64,000 nt of DNA. It comes from Octopus vulgaris (taxonomy: Eukaryota). This document shows positions 1 through 13,665 of the stretch, in pieces. A model generated the notes under the pieces. The model was not told the DNA's origin and did no database searches. It saw only the letters and a program-made list of their open reading frames with translations. A program made the translations under genes and the position numbers. Every line of letters starts with the position of its first letter. The first letter of the stretch is position 1. The stretch lies in contig OX597829.1 of the NCBI GenBank assembly GCA_951406725.2, forward strand, positions 6,138,001 through 6,202,000, in the 5' to 3' direction.

Positions 1-104
1 GAAGAAGAAGAAGAAGAAGAAGAAGAAGAAGAAGAAGAAGAAGAAGAAGAAGAAGAAGAAGAAGAAGAAGAAGAAGAAGAAGAAGAAGAAGAAGAAGAAG
101 AAGA
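1..104. repeat. (GAA)n microsatellite
   Basis: perfect GAA repeat from window start. Confidence 0.98.
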
Positions 105-626
105 GGAAGTCGAGCCTGAGCCACATTACTTTACCATTAAGAAAATGCAGCAAGCATTAGCATGTATCGAAAAGTTCTTTATATGGATCCAAATGCTCAA
201 TGCTTTCCCAAGATTATGGGGTCTTGTCACGAAGCTTTTGTTTCTTATAATATAATCCTTGAGGAAAGGAAGAAGACAGTTCAATGAACTCTCAACCGGT
301 TTTTTAAACTGCATCGAACAATACAAACAACCAGAGTCAGCTGTTGATTCTGACGATCCACAGCCATCGACATCCGCGATGTAAACCTAAAAACTGTATG
401 TACGTATTGGTAAATTCAAAATATTTTAGTTTTTTTACTATCAAAATAAATAATAATTACTGAATTTGTTATTTAAGCTTGAAATAGGTTTTTAGTATTG
501 AAAATGCATTCATAAAAAAAATACAGAACTGGGAATGGTTATTATCAGTTCAGCCTAGAAACAACTTAATTCGACTTAAGTCGTGTCTCCTGCAAGCAAT
601 TAATGACGTAGGGTGAGGTATGCCTA
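1..626 (+). mobile_element. pogo/Tigger-like DNA transposon 3' end (decayed transposase C-terminus and right end)
   Basis: (GAA)n reads as poly-Glu into EEVEPEPHYFTIKKMQQALACIEK...DPN...ILEERKK...PESAVDSDDPQPSTSAM* (frameshifted), resembling Tigger C-termini; possible terminal sequence gacgtagggtgaggtatgcct followed by TA repeats at ~605-628. Confidence 0.55.
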
Positions 627-1064
627 TATATATATGTATGTCCAAAATCATGCAGTGAGAGGAGTAGCAGAAAGGATAGTATAAGTGAAGGTGGGGGAGA
701 GAAAATAGTAATTCAGGGAAAGAGAAGTAGTAAGAGTAATAGCCGTGACTAAAAGATTGTAATAGCAATGAAAGAGAAGAAGTGGCAAAGAGAACGCCGG
801 TATTATATATGCTTGCAGAGGTTTCCCTATAAAATACGTTTAGTGGATACTCAGACGAATCATTTCAGAGGTGAAATGTTTTGTTTACATTTTACGAAGA
901 TAATTTTCTCTAATATTTTGATTCCAATGTGTGTGTGTGTGATCATTTACAGTATACAGTGTTTGTTATCAGTTCACTGATAATTTTAGTTATCTGTACT
1001 CTCATAACTTATTTACGGTATATAGTGTTTGTTATCTATTCAGTGATACTCTTCCGTCTGCTGT

Positions 1065-1302
1065 GGAGAATGAAGCAGACAGAAGGCGACTGTTAGTCCG
1101 AGAGAGAAAAAGGCAAAGAGCAGCCAGTTACACTCAGAGAGAACTGAATGCAAGAAGATTTTTTAAAAATAGAAGATTAAAAATTATATTATTAAATCAA
1201 TCACAAGGAAGGAGACAAGAGAGAGGAGCATAAGATGCAAGAGGACGGGCCCGAAGACGTCAAAATGAAAAGGAGAATCTCATTGCACAAAGGAGAGATA
1301 TC

Positions 1303-1376
<74 letters not shown>

Positions 1377-4300
1377 AGCACAAAAGCGCCAAGATGAAAC
1401 AGAACAGCAAACAGAAGAGAGGAGAGATCTAAGAAGGAGAGCATCGGGAAGGCGACAGGATGAAACGGAAGAGCAAGCGACACAAAGGAGAGAAATCGAA
1501 AGAGAGAGAACATCGCAAGAGCACCATGGTGAAACGGAAGAGCAAGCAGCAGAGAGGAGATAGGGCCCGAGAGAGAGAGAGGGAGAGAGAGGGAGAGAGA
1601 GTGTGAGAGAGAGGATGAGAGAGAGAGGGAGAGAGAAAGAGACAGAGACAGAGAGAGGGAGAGAGACACTAAGACTAGACAATGAAACTGAAGGAGAAGC
1701 AAATGTTCGCAGAGAGCGAATGAGGAGAAGAATGGAGGCATTAATTAATACTAAAACGGAAGAACGAAGAAATAACCGAAGGCATCCGGATGCGAATGCC
1801 ATGAGGATTGTGCGAAGAGCTGGAAATCAAGAAAATTTAGTAACTAATCATACTTATAATGAAGAGAATGTTCAGGTTCATAACTGTGGTGACATGAACA
1901 TGCTGTATAAGTTTTGTAGAGCCAAACATTTTACTTTAGAGCGACCATCAGACGGATGCTTTAACAGCTACTGTCATAAAGGGAGAGTAGTGCCTCCAGT
2001 TAGAAGAGAATTTCCTCCATACTAAATATCCCTATTGTCAAACCTCCAACTTCCACATTATGTTAACTTCAAAGAAAACATAAGGTCGTACAATGCTGCT
2101 TTATCTTTCGCATCTATGGGTGCTCTTTATTGATGATCCACAAGGACGAGGTCCATTCTGCTTCAAAGTGAACGGCTAAGTTTATCACAGAACTTTGCGC
2201 AGGCTCTTCCAGCAATGGGCAGTAGACCTGCAAGTCGAAGGCAGCAATATATATTTTGTGAAGAACCATCAACACATGTTAAAAGTAGAACAATACCGTG
2301 GTCTTGCTGAGAATCTACGGAATGCTGCAAATAGAGCAGAGGCTGAAGTAGGACGCACAGTTATCTTGTCTTTATCATTTCCTTGGAATATGTATGAGCG
2401 CCATCAAGACACCACATCTATTGTACACATATATCGTCCTCCTGACATCTTCCTCACAGTAACCTGCAATCCTAATTGGCAGGAAGTTAGAGAGAATTTA
2501 CTTCCAAGTCAAACTTCATCAGCTAGACCGGACTTGTCGGCCCGTGTATTTAATGTAAAGCCGCACGAAATTTTGAATGACATCACTAAAAAACATATAT
2601 TTGGAAGAGTCACTGCTTACTGCTACAATGTTGGATTTCACTAGGGTCTTACTAGATGTCCCCCTGTTGATTATTTTGCACCCTGATGATAAATTGGATG
2701 ATCCTGCAATCAAATTGTGTGTGTCAACATCCCGTATCCTGTAACTGAACCCTTACTACATGAAACAGTAGTAGAAAATAACAAGCGTCTTAAAAGATTT
2801 CCAAAGGAGTATCAACAAGAGACACGGATAAACCGAAATTGTTACCCGTTGTACAGGCGACGTCGAGGGGCATTAGTTGGAGTTCGCAACCATTCAATAG
2901 ATAATCGATATGTAGTGCCCTACAATAAATATCTGTGACGCAAGTTCAATGGTCATATATGTGCTGAGATTTGCCTCTTCGTCTCCTCTGTGAAATATAT
3001 TTACAAATATATCTACAAGGGATATGACTCTATCAATGTTGACATCAATGAAACAATTTCAAACAATGAGATTGTGCATGATGAAGTATGCAACCATTTA
3101 GATGTGAGTGCTCCTGAAAGTATGTGGCGCCTGCTTGAGAATAAAATGCATGACAGATCTCATTCAGTTATTTGCCTGGCCGCCCATCTGTCATAAGAGC
3201 TACTGGTATACTTTGAAGAGGGTCAAGGGAGAGAGAGTTACTGGAGGCAACAACAAAGAAGAACGCATCACTGACCGCTTGCTATCTTCTGAATCAAACA
3301 TGAAAATGCCCAGAATTTGCATTATTCATATATTCCGTAGAGTCATGTCTTCTATAAGCAGACTAATGTTATGGAGGCGCAGACAAAGAAGAAGCGATAA
3401 AGTAATCTCCAGACTCTACGCCGTTAACCCGAAGGATGTGGAACGATTTTACTTGAGACTGTTGTTGTTCCTGGAGCTCGAAGTTATGAGCATAACGAAA
3501 CAGTAGATGGTGTAGTCTGCAACCCATTTAAAGAAGCTGCTCTCTTAGGAAATTTAGTTCAAAATGATGAAGAATGACTCAGGTGCATAAAAGAAGCGTC
3601 CCTTACAAGTATGTCGATTCAGCTAAGGCAATTGCTTGCTCTCATTTGCATCTTCAACACCACAGCTAACCCTCACAGCTGTACCACTGCTTTGAGGGGA
3701 TGATTAAGGATTAACACGCAAGAGGTGGTCATCCAGAGAGCATTAAATGATATTGAGCCAACAGTGCGAGTACATGCACTATGCTGCAGAGATTTACATC
3801 TTCCAGTCCCAGCTGCAGCAGTCTTTCATGAAGTAACTACTGAAAAGAACAATGTTGAAGGATTTGAGATTGAGCGGCGAACTGCATCCTTTACTGAGGT
3901 TCAGCGCTAGGTCTATGAACACATTTCATCAACGACGATGAAAGGCAGAGTAGATTCTTTTTCCTCGATGAGGCACAGGAAATACCTACTGTACAATACA
4001 TTGATAGCTTCTCTAAGAAGGCAAAAACAAGTGTGTCTTTCCTACACTACTACAGGCATAGCTGCTGGTTTGCTCATCTATGGAAGGACTGTTCACAGTG
4101 GACTCAAGCTACCCGTCCCATTGCATGACAGTTCCACCTCTCACATGGACAATCTTTTCAGAGTCATCTGAAAAATTAAAGCAAGCTCACCTTTTAATTA
4201 TTGATGAAGCATCAATGTTATGCTCTGAGAACCATTGATCTGCTGTTGAGGCAAATAATGAATTCACCCAGACCATTCCGTGGAAAAGCGCTGCTTCTTG

Positions 4301-5261
4301 TCGGAGACTTCAGACAAACTGCACTTATCATCCCGAGAGGATCGAATGCAGTAGTAATTGAATCCTCATTTAAGCAATCTCCTCTCTGGAATTTTGTAAG
4401 TTTGAGAGAATAAATGCGTATTGTTGGATAAGATGACTTCAACAGGTGGCTCTTAGGTGTTGGAAATGGAACCCTCTCGAACAATGAATGGCTGGAAGAA
4501 AACCTCAGGGAAATCCTCCAAAACATGGTATCTACAAATAACATTATTAGAGGAGATTTTGGGGAAGAATTATTACTAGACAATGATGAGGCAGTTGAAA
4601 GAGTGTCATCGACAGTCATTTTAACACCTAAAAACAAAGACTGTCTTCACATAAACACTGTCATAATGTCATTATTGCCCGGCAAGGCAACAATCTGCAG
4701 AAGCGTTGACACCATTGTTGAAGAAAATAGCGAAGCTGTTATACATTATCCGTGGAGTTTTTAAATTCACTGACACTTTCTGGGATACCACCTCATATAT
4801 TGACCTTGAAGAGGCATTCGATAGTCTTGTTGCTAAGGGACCTGAACCCAATGAAAGGTTTACTCAATGGGACCCGGACTCAATGCAAGGATATTTTCAT
4901 TCATGGAAAATACTTAGTGGAAGAAAGAACGGAGAGGAGGCCTTTATTCCGTGAATCAACCTCCGTCCCGCTGAGACAACCCTTTCCTTTATTTTGAGAA
5001 GGCGACGGTTTCCTACAATCCCAACATTTACAATGACTATTAACAAGTCACAAGGGTAGGGCTTCTATAATGTTGACATCATTCTACCATCACCAGTATT
5101 CAGCCGTGGACAACTTTGTTGCATTGAGTAGAAGTACAAGCAGGAACACTATTAAAATGCTGGTAAAAACCCATCGAAAACAAGGCGAACTCATTAGTGG
5201 TAGGTTTTTTCACTACAAACGTTGTGTTGAAACTGTTAAGATAAAGGCTTTAATATTTTAA
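1065..5261 (+). pseudogene. Helitron Rep/PIF1-helicase gene, heavily degraded
   Basis: R/E-rich N-terminal repeats; Zn-finger-like GDMNMLYKFCRAKHF..E..CHKG; Rep motifs IFLTVTCNPNWQEV, NRYVVPYNKYL, KYIYKYIYKGYD, ERFYLRLLL; helicase motifs TTGIAAGLLIYGRTVHS, LLLVGDFRQT, ILTPKN, TMTINKSQG; many stops and frameshifts. Confidence 0.93.
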
Positions 5262-5280
5262 TTTTATTTTCTGTATAATA

Positions 5281-5715
5281 GGCGTAGGAGTGGCTGTGTG
5301 GTAAGTAGCATGCTTACGAACCACATAGTACCGGGTTCAGTCCCACTGCGTGGCACCTTGGGCAAGTGTCTTCTACTATAGCCTCGGGCCTACCAAAGCC
5401 TTGTGAGTGGATTTGGTAGACGGAAACTGAAAGAAGCCCGTCGTATATATATATATATATATATATACGTATGTGTGTGTGTATATGTTTGTGTGCCTGT
5501 GTTTGTCCCCCCCCCCAACATCATTTGACAACCGATGCTGGTGTGTTCATGTCCCCGTAACTTAGCGGTTCAGCAAAATAGACCGATAGAATAAGTACTA
5601 GGCTTACAACGAATAAGTCCTGGGGTCGATTTGCTCGACTAAAGAAAGGCGGTGCTCCAGCATGGCCACATTCAAATCACTGAAACAAGTAAAAGAGTAA
5701 AAAGAGTAAAGAGTA
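5281..5715 (+). mobile_element. tRNA-derived SINE family A (internal TA/TG microsatellite, AAAAGAGT tail)
   Basis: box A/B-like head ggcgtaggagtggctgtgtggtaag...gggttcagtccc; near-identical copies elsewhere in the window. Confidence 0.88.
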
Positions 5716-5754
5716 TAATTTTCATGCCGTTGTTTTGACGGCACGGTTACTCAT

Positions 5755-5950
5755 GTAATAAAAGACGAAATTGCAAGCATGCAAACTGAGGAGAGTATCT
5801 GTCATTCGAATTGTTGTTGGGGCACACGGTACACTAACAACCAAGTTCGAGAACTATGTCAGAGAAATCGGAATTTGACTTGAGAGAAGAGCAAGCTGGG
5901 AACAGCGAAGCTTTAGAGATTTGTACTTGGATGTTGAAAGTCTGCCATGA
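5755..5950 (+). mobile_element. R4/Dong-like RLE LINE extreme 3' fragment
   Basis: translation LRRVSVIRIVVGAHGTLTTKFENYVREIGI...LGTAK matches the V+P+V+GALG...LLGTA end of R4-type ORFs. Confidence 0.55.
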
Positions 5951-6494
5951 TGGTTAACAACCACTGGTGGAGACTATGTAACACGTAACAGGCACTGGTG
6001 ACTGCTGGTCTTCCATAAAAAACTTTACCCGGACATGTGCCTCGGAGGGGAGCTTTGCAGACCCACGAGGGTATTTCTGTCTGTCAGTCTTTCTGTACGT
6101 ACACACACACGCATACGCGCACATATGATGTTAGGTGTTCTATAGTCGAATACACGCCCTCCCCACCCCCCAGTATATATGAAGATTTAAGGTTTGAATT
6201 GAGTGTGATTTGAACTCGAGCGTAACATCGTTTTACCGCAAATCATTGCATGCGGGACATGATGATGATGATGATGGTGGTGCTGGTGGTTGTGGTGATG
6301 GTGGTGGTGGTGGTCGTGGTGATGATGATGACGACGGTGATGATGTTGATGATGGTTATGATGATGGTGGTGGTGGTGGTGATTGGTGTTGTTTAAAATA
6401 AAAGCCATGATCACAAAAATAAGAACAATTTAAAAAAATGATAATAATAATAATTATTATGATAACAATGATGATGATGATGATGATGATGATG

Positions 6495-6537
<43 letters not shown>

Positions 6538-6674
6538 TAAACGGGTGGAGATTCATTCTTCGTCCGTTATAAAATTGACTGTGTTAGTACAATGGTTTCG
6601 TAGCTTCAGTCACAGATGAAACTGCTTATAAATAGGATAAAGAAGTGCCAATATTTTAATAGGCTTAAGAGGGA

Positions 6675-6710
<36 letters not shown>

Positions 6711-7191
6711 GTACGCACGCGCACACACACACATATAGACACATAGACATCTATGTACACATTTATACATATATTTGTAGGTAAGTACACACACCGATAT
6801 ACACCTGCACACGTACACACACAAACCATAACCGAACGGCTGATGGCTTACAAGTCAGCATCTGTCAACAAAAGGTTAGTAACGGGTAAAGAGACTGGCC
6901 TTGAACTATGCATATAATTAGGAACTGCTATGAAAGGCTTTATATCAAAGATGGACAGAAGAGAAGTATATTGCACTTAAATTAAATTGGATACTTGTTT
7001 CAATGCAACCAATAAATGGATGAAATAATCGACTGATTTAGTGTTGCATATAAATATCTTGCCGACCTGTCGCTTTCTCAATCTGTCTTTTCATGTCGTT
7101 TCAGTTTTTGTTCAGATTTATCTTTCTGACTTTAAGTCCATATATTTTCTCTATTACTCTTTCGCTTCATCTATCCGCCACTCCTTTTATG

Positions 7192-7878
7192 ATACATACA
7201 TACATACATACATACATACATACATAAGTACTTGCATACATACATACATACATACATACATACATACATACATACATACACACATACATACATACATACA
7301 TACATACATACATACATACATACATACATACATACATACATAAGTACTTGCATACATACATACATACATACATACATACATACATACATACATACATACA
7401 GACATACATGCATACATACATATATACATACATACATACATACTTGCATACATGCATACATACATACATACTTGCATACATACGTACATACACACATACA
7501 TACATACATACATACATACATACATACATACATGCATACATGCATACATACATACATACTAGCATACATACATACATACATACATATATACATACATACA
7601 TACATACATACATACATACATACACACATACATACATACATACATACATACATACATACATAAGTACTTGCATACATACATACATACATACATACAGACA
7701 TACATGCATACATACATACATACATATATACATACATACATACATACTTGCATACATGCATACGTACATACATACTTGCATACATACATACGTACATACA
7801 TACATACACACATACATACATGCATACATGCATACATACATACATGCATGCATACATGCATACATACATACATACTTG

Positions 7879-7910
<32 letters not shown>

Positions 7911-8051
7911 CATACATACATACACACACATACATACATACATACATACATACATACATACATACTTGCATAAATACATACATACATACTTGCATACATA
8001 CATATATACATACATACATACATACATACATACATACATACATACATACAT
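7192..8051. repeat. (CATA)n tetranucleotide array with recurrent variant units
   Basis: ~860 bp; variants such as taagtacttg and catg recur. Confidence 0.97.
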
Positions 8052-8409
8052 GCGGTCAAAAAGTTGAACGTGAAGTTCAGTACCTGGTGAGACCATCATC
8101 GTGGGGTGCTGAAACGATCGACCACCTTCATTACTCAAGATTTTCTTTCAGAATTGGTGATTTAGCAATAGGGATAGATTATGTCAAGGGCGGCTATCCT
8201 CGTTCAGAAATGGGCTGAGAGGTAGCTATCTTTGAATAATGAACAGAGGTGATACATTACTTATAATTTTATCTGACCAGCGTAAAGTAGTTTTTGTCTC
8301 ACCAAAATGAAGCATCTACTCTTTTGCCACGCGTTGATGTAACACCTTCCGCAGTCAAGTTTCTGTTCATCGGCAACACGTCATACGTGGGATTCTGTAC
8401 TAGTACTAA

Positions 8410-8922
8410 TCTATATATATAAAACTGTAGTTGTGTGAGTGTCTGTCCCCTTCGATTTAGATTCCTAACTACCCCCACATTTTGCGGTGCAGTTTAACCA
8501 AATTCGGGTATCTTATAGTCGTGATTCATATCGAGCCCGTCTGGCTATTAGCGCGCGTCAACGATGAGTCTACGATTTTAAAAATAATTTAACATCAATT
8601 TTTATTCCATTTTAATGCATAATTTTTCGTGTGTCGATGGCGGCGGAGTTGGCGTCCATGGTCACACCTGCACCTGTTTGCTTCTCCCCCTTCTTCCCTC
8701 TCTCGTGAAGCTGTGGGGAAGGGAGTGTAAGGAAATCAACGTCGTAAAGCGTTGTCAAGGAGACCAGCGTTCTTTTAGAACAACGACTTCATGGCTTGAA
8801 GACACCAAAACAGAAATGGCTAAGAAAGCCCGAATTGGCATCTATAAGGGAAGTAACTCTCTAAAAATGCTTATATAGTTATTTCCCTTACAAACCCGAG
8901 CAACGCCGGGCGATACTGCTAG
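8410..8922 (+). mobile_element. Non-autonomous Helitron (513 bp)
   Basis: starts A|TCTATATATATAAA, ends with hairpin cccgagc-aac-gccggg then CTAG|T; inserted between A and T with no TSD. Confidence 0.85.
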
Positions 8923-8939
8923 TGCTGTATAAAAAAATA

Positions 8940-9490
8940 GCATGCAAACGCAGCAACCAAAGGGAATCTTGAATGGCTAAAGGTTTGTTCGTCCTTTCAC
9001 GTACATTTGATTACAACCTGTCACTTTTGACGGAGCTCAATTCCTCGGCCCAATGAAGATAATAACTGTGCATTTTGGCATCTGGAATGATGTCAGACAA
9101 CCTGAGCTCTCTGCCAGTCGGTAGTGCGTCCAGTTGAACTTTTACGTGTTAGCGTTCAGTAGGGGACAAGTGCAGTCGACGAGATCAGTAGGTTGTTGCT
9201 TTTTTTTTTTTTTTTTTTTGTTTTTTTTTGCTAGAGAAGAATTCCATACAGTTTAAAAGTGGTTGGGCTGGAATTTGTCATTTCTGATTAATCATTACGG
9301 GTGAAGAGAGCTCGTCAACCTAGACCTCTTTGACTTGTAGTGACGAACTCATTCTTTATGTACTCGTTCAGAATAATATCAACATCCATGAAATTACGTC
9401 AAACAGCGGCTTTGGAATGTTCTCTTCGACTATTTCAAATTCTACGCCGAATTCATCTCCATCGGCATCTTCTCCCCCAAGTCCCATACC
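8940..9490 (-). mobile_element. possible decayed piggyBac-like transposase N-terminal fragment
   Basis: acidic stretch followed by weak DLVD.T..Y...W-like pattern on the minus strand; similarity judged by eye only. Confidence 0.25.
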
Positions 9491-9605
9491 GTGATTATGT
9501 TATTTTATATATATATAATTGTGATTATGATATCTATTTATATATATGTGTCTGTGTGTGTGCATTTATATATATATATATATACATATGTATATACATA
9601 TATAC

Positions 9606-9657
<52 letters not shown>

Positions 9658-9690
9658 CGGGAAGCTTTATGAAAATAGACAAAAGATACG

Positions 9691-9722
<32 letters not shown>

Positions 9723-9846
9723 CATATAGAAGATGTATACAAATAGATACCAAATAGATATATATATACAGACAGACAGACTGACAAACAGATATATATA
9801 TTGATAAATATACAGATAGACATATAGAAAGATAGATAGATAGATA

Positions 9847-11605
9847 TGTTTCTTTATTAGCCACACAGGGCTGCACACAGATAGAACAAATTACAAGGTA
9901 GAGCTTTTCTTTTGAAGGTTTAAAAAAAAGGAAGGGGGGAGTTTCGATCAAAAGGGATCGTAGAAGGTGAGAAAGAGGACAAAAAAGGGGGGTTAAAAAA
10001 AGGGGAGAGGAAAAAAAAATTTGATCAATAGGGATCGTTATCACAGAAATGTCAATATGAAGTGTAAAGGGGAGGACAGGTGAGGTTTACCCGTGGAAAG
10101 AAAAGCCTACGGAAAAGACCACGGTAACCTCGGTCAATGGAGTCACATGTTATATTTCTTTTTTTTTTTTTTTGCGAATAAGCAACTCTCTGTTTTCAAT
10201 TTCTGGGTTCATAGGATTATGCTCAAGGTGGCTTCGTCATTCATACGTGCCATTCTTGCTACATTCACCCATCTTTTTTTAAAACATTCGCTAGACAAAA
10301 CTTGCCTCTCTACTCTCACTTTCCTTTTCAAGTGGTACTTGAAGAAGTTGATGAGAAGTTGACCAGAGAGGAAAGTGTTTGTCTCTAATCCTTTCAGACG
10401 CGTCCACCAGATATATTCTTTCGCCATAGCCACGAGGATGATGAAAATAGCTCTTCCTTCCCGTTTGAAGGAAGGAGGCGTGACAATATTGACGATAGAC
10501 TCAGCTGATAAACCGACTCGTCCCACACGTGACAGCAGTTGTTCGACATAAGCCCACAGGTCGGAAATTGTTGGACACTGCACGAGTGCGTGCAGAACGG
10601 TTTCGTCGCTCTGACCGCATCTCGGGCAGGTCGGCCCCGTGTTTCTCGAGCCGTGTCTGTAGAGCTTATCCCGAACGGGTAGCGCTTCTCGGTAGCACTG
10701 CCAGGCCAGGGATCTCTGGAAGTTGTCCATGGGCCCTGGCCCGAAAGTCGTCCTGAACAGGCGGGTCAGGTACTCCTCGTCGACGTCCAGGTTCGCCCCG
10801 AGATCGTCGTCGTACCTCCCCTCCACTAAACCCCTATAGAATGCTTTGGTTGTGTTGAAGTCACTCAAGGTCGACCCAGGACGGCAGAGTTGCTTGAGAG
10901 CAACGCGACACTCGCGGTTCCATTCGCCCTTTCTCGGCTTCTTTTTGATCCACGACTGCAGTTCGGTCATGGAGACGAGCTGCGGCAAAGCGTGCCTCAC
11001 AAACGGCGACCACACCTGTTCACCGTCGTCTACATAGAGCCAGAGATGTCGCCGTTTCAGCGCGTGTCTGCGCATCATCAACCACGGCATGCCCAGCCCT
11101 CCTTTTAACGGGTGTTGACAGCAAATGGATCGCCTGACCATCGGGACGCATCCTTTCCAAAAGAAGCGAAAGAGAATGCGTTGTAGTTTGGTGATGGTAG
11201 GGTCGGGACAAGGTACGACGGTCAGGCGGTAGTAGATGACGGACGCGATGTACGTGTTCGCCACCTCCGCCCGACCTTTTAGGGACAGTTTCCTCTCGGC
11301 CCATTGCCGGGCGATAGTGACCACCCTACTCGTTATCTCGTTCCAGTTCTTCTCCACTTGGAGGTCCGGACCAAACAAGACCCCAAGCAACTCAACCGGG
11401 CCGTCGGTCCAGCGTCCCACGACGGAGGCGCTGGTGGACGGCATGGGCTTGCTTCTCCAGGTGCCTAGTCGCAAGCCCACTGACTTTTCCCGGTTGATTT
11501 TCGCTCCTGTCACCGCTTCGTAGTTTTTCAGTGTCTCGCCGACCAGCTCGATGTGCTCGTGGCTAGACACTATGACGGTGACGTCGTCCGCGTATGCAGA
11601 CACGC
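9847..11605 (-). mobile_element. Tx1/L1-clade LINE, 5'-truncated young copy (RT C-half, CCHC, 3'UTR)
   Basis: open frame from [10 protein letters not shown] through [30 protein letters not shown] to the stop at 10209; U-rich 3'UTR ending aataaagaaaca; (GATA)n on both sides. Confidence 0.95.
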
Positions 11606-11662
<57 letters not shown>

Positions 11663-11663
11663 T

Positions 11664-11705
<42 letters not shown>

Positions 11706-11759
11706 CAGATAGATAGATAGATAGATAGATTGATAGATAGATTGATAGATAGATAGATT

Positions 11760-11842
<83 letters not shown>

Positions 11843-11843
11843 T

Positions 11844-11878
<35 letters not shown>

Positions 11879-11972
11879 TGATAGATAGATTGATAGATAG
11901 ATAGATTGATAGATAGATAGATAGATAGATAGACTGAAAGACAGATAGATAGATAGATAGATAGATAGATAC

Positions 11973-12022
<50 letters not shown>

Positions 12023-12038
12023 GTAGGTAGGTAGGTAG

Positions 12039-12108
<70 letters not shown>
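11606..12108. repeat. (GATA)n array
   Basis: ~500 bp directly abutting the LINE 5' truncation point. Confidence 0.97.
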
Positions 12109-12109
<1 letters not shown>

Positions 12110-12139
12110 CTAGAGAGAGAAAAAAGACACGGACAGAAG

Positions 12140-12176
<37 letters not shown>

Positions 12177-13032
12177 AGCGAGACAGAGAGATTGAGAGAG
12201 AGGGTGAGAGATAGAATGTGAGTGAGATACATTCATATAATTCGCTTCAAAATGTTGAGAAAATTTATTTTACTAAACATTAATTGCTGGGAAATTAATA
12301 TGTCGGAGACTAACTGACAAATTGAATTAATGATAATGTAAATAAGGCAACATATAATGCAGACACTGAGTCGATTTTGTCTTGCAATAAATTACTTCGG
12401 TAAAGATATGCTGTACTTTGGTTATAACTTTTTATCAAGTTACTGTATCTTGCCGACAACACTATTGGTGGCATCAGAATCAACATCAGCTGCTATAAAT
12501 AAAAGTTGACAAGTTCTTTTCTCAGTTTTACTCTTTAAACAAAAGGAAAAGCAATTATCATGATTCTAACTGACCAACTGTTACAACGACGTGAGAATGG
12601 AGAAGTTGCAAGTCTGACAGAACATAGTAACATCATATTTAAACCAACAAAAACCAACAGCTTTGTTAACTTACTCAAATCTATCTCAACAGCACGTACA
12701 GACAGACCTGTTGTCTAATTGTTCAGCAAAACAACAAGCAAACTACAAAATATAAGAGAAAAAGAGATAAAAGTGATTTTTACTGTAACAATTTGCGTTA
12801 ATTTTTAACTTGAAATTCTCTCTCTTCTTCAATCTCCTAAATATAACTAAAAAGTTATATTTACTTCACTCACACCAAAAGGTAATAATCCATGAGTAAA
12901 AATTGTTTTTTTTTTCGAATCAAAAAATATATCCACATAGAATATAATAGATTAAGAGTAAGGATTCACCAATTAAACTAAACACATCATCAATGGCCAT
13001 TTCGGGAGCACATCGCCATAGTTAGAGTGCAA

Positions 13033-13075
<43 letters not shown>

Positions 13076-13077
<2 letters not shown>

Positions 13078-13257
13078 CAATATGTGACTGCGTGTGTATC
13101 GTTGGCGATTTTCTTTCTCCGTCTTCTCTTCCTTGAACCTCGAAACGTTAAATCCTTCTTCTTTCTTTCCTTTCCTGAGCGTCCAATAACACTGTACTTG
13201 TTCCACGTCCTCGCGTTGTTGTGTTTTCTCTTTGTGCTTTCATGTTTGGATTAACTA
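13076..13257 (+). mobile_element. Penelope-derived 3' fragment (family B), hammerhead region partly deleted
   Basis: homologous to 39880-40092 and 37843-38110; retains ctcgaaacgttaaa; preceded by (TA)n. Confidence 0.7.
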
Positions 13258-13342
13258 TAAGTCCTGGGGTCGATTTTCTCGACTGAAGGAAGTGCTCTAG
13301 CATGGCCGCAGTCAAATGACTGAAACAAGTAAAAGAGTAAAA

Positions 13343-13343
<1 letters not shown>
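13258..13343 (+). mobile_element. SINE family A 3' fragment
   Basis: gtcctggggtcga...gcatggccgcagtcaaatgactgaaacaagtaaaagagtaaaa. Confidence 0.8.
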
Positions 13344-13397
<54 letters not shown>

Positions 13398-13399
13398 TA

Positions 13400-13665
13400 C
13401 ACACGTGTGTAGCGTGTGATCGCCGCATTGAACATGTCAGAAAGTTGAGCAGAGAATCTGCCTCAAATTTTGCCAAAAGCTTGGCGATACCTGCTCAGAG
13501 GCCTACGCAAAGTTTTCAAAATGTTTTCATTGTCCTCGATATAATCAAGGAGATCTTGTGCAACTGAAATCCCGAGTGTCTTTTTGGTCATCTTAAAGCA
13601 GTTTGGCACGAACTTGGCAGACGAAATCTTTAGTGATAATGGACTGAACTAAACCGTAACTAATC
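13400..13665. mobile_element. mariner-derived fragment with internal inversion
   Basis: + strand EQRICLKFCQKLGDTCSEAYAK (mariner N-terminal HTH) joined at ~13510 to - strand SAKFVP...DDQK..RISVAQDLLDYIEDNENILKT. Confidence 0.65.

Noticed and set aside
5281-5360. tRNA gene candidates at SINE heads (also 31623, 46041, 25720-25790)
   Set aside because: They continue into multicopy SINE bodies and lack a complete acceptor stem
6187-6556. His-rich, Gly/Asp-rich and poly-Ile ORFs
   Set aside because: Translations of (GAT/GGT/AAT)n microsatellites; no splice or homology evidence
7041-8218. Long MYVC/HTYI ORFs (likewise [12 protein letters not shown] ORFs across the window)
   Set aside because: Stop-free simple repeats
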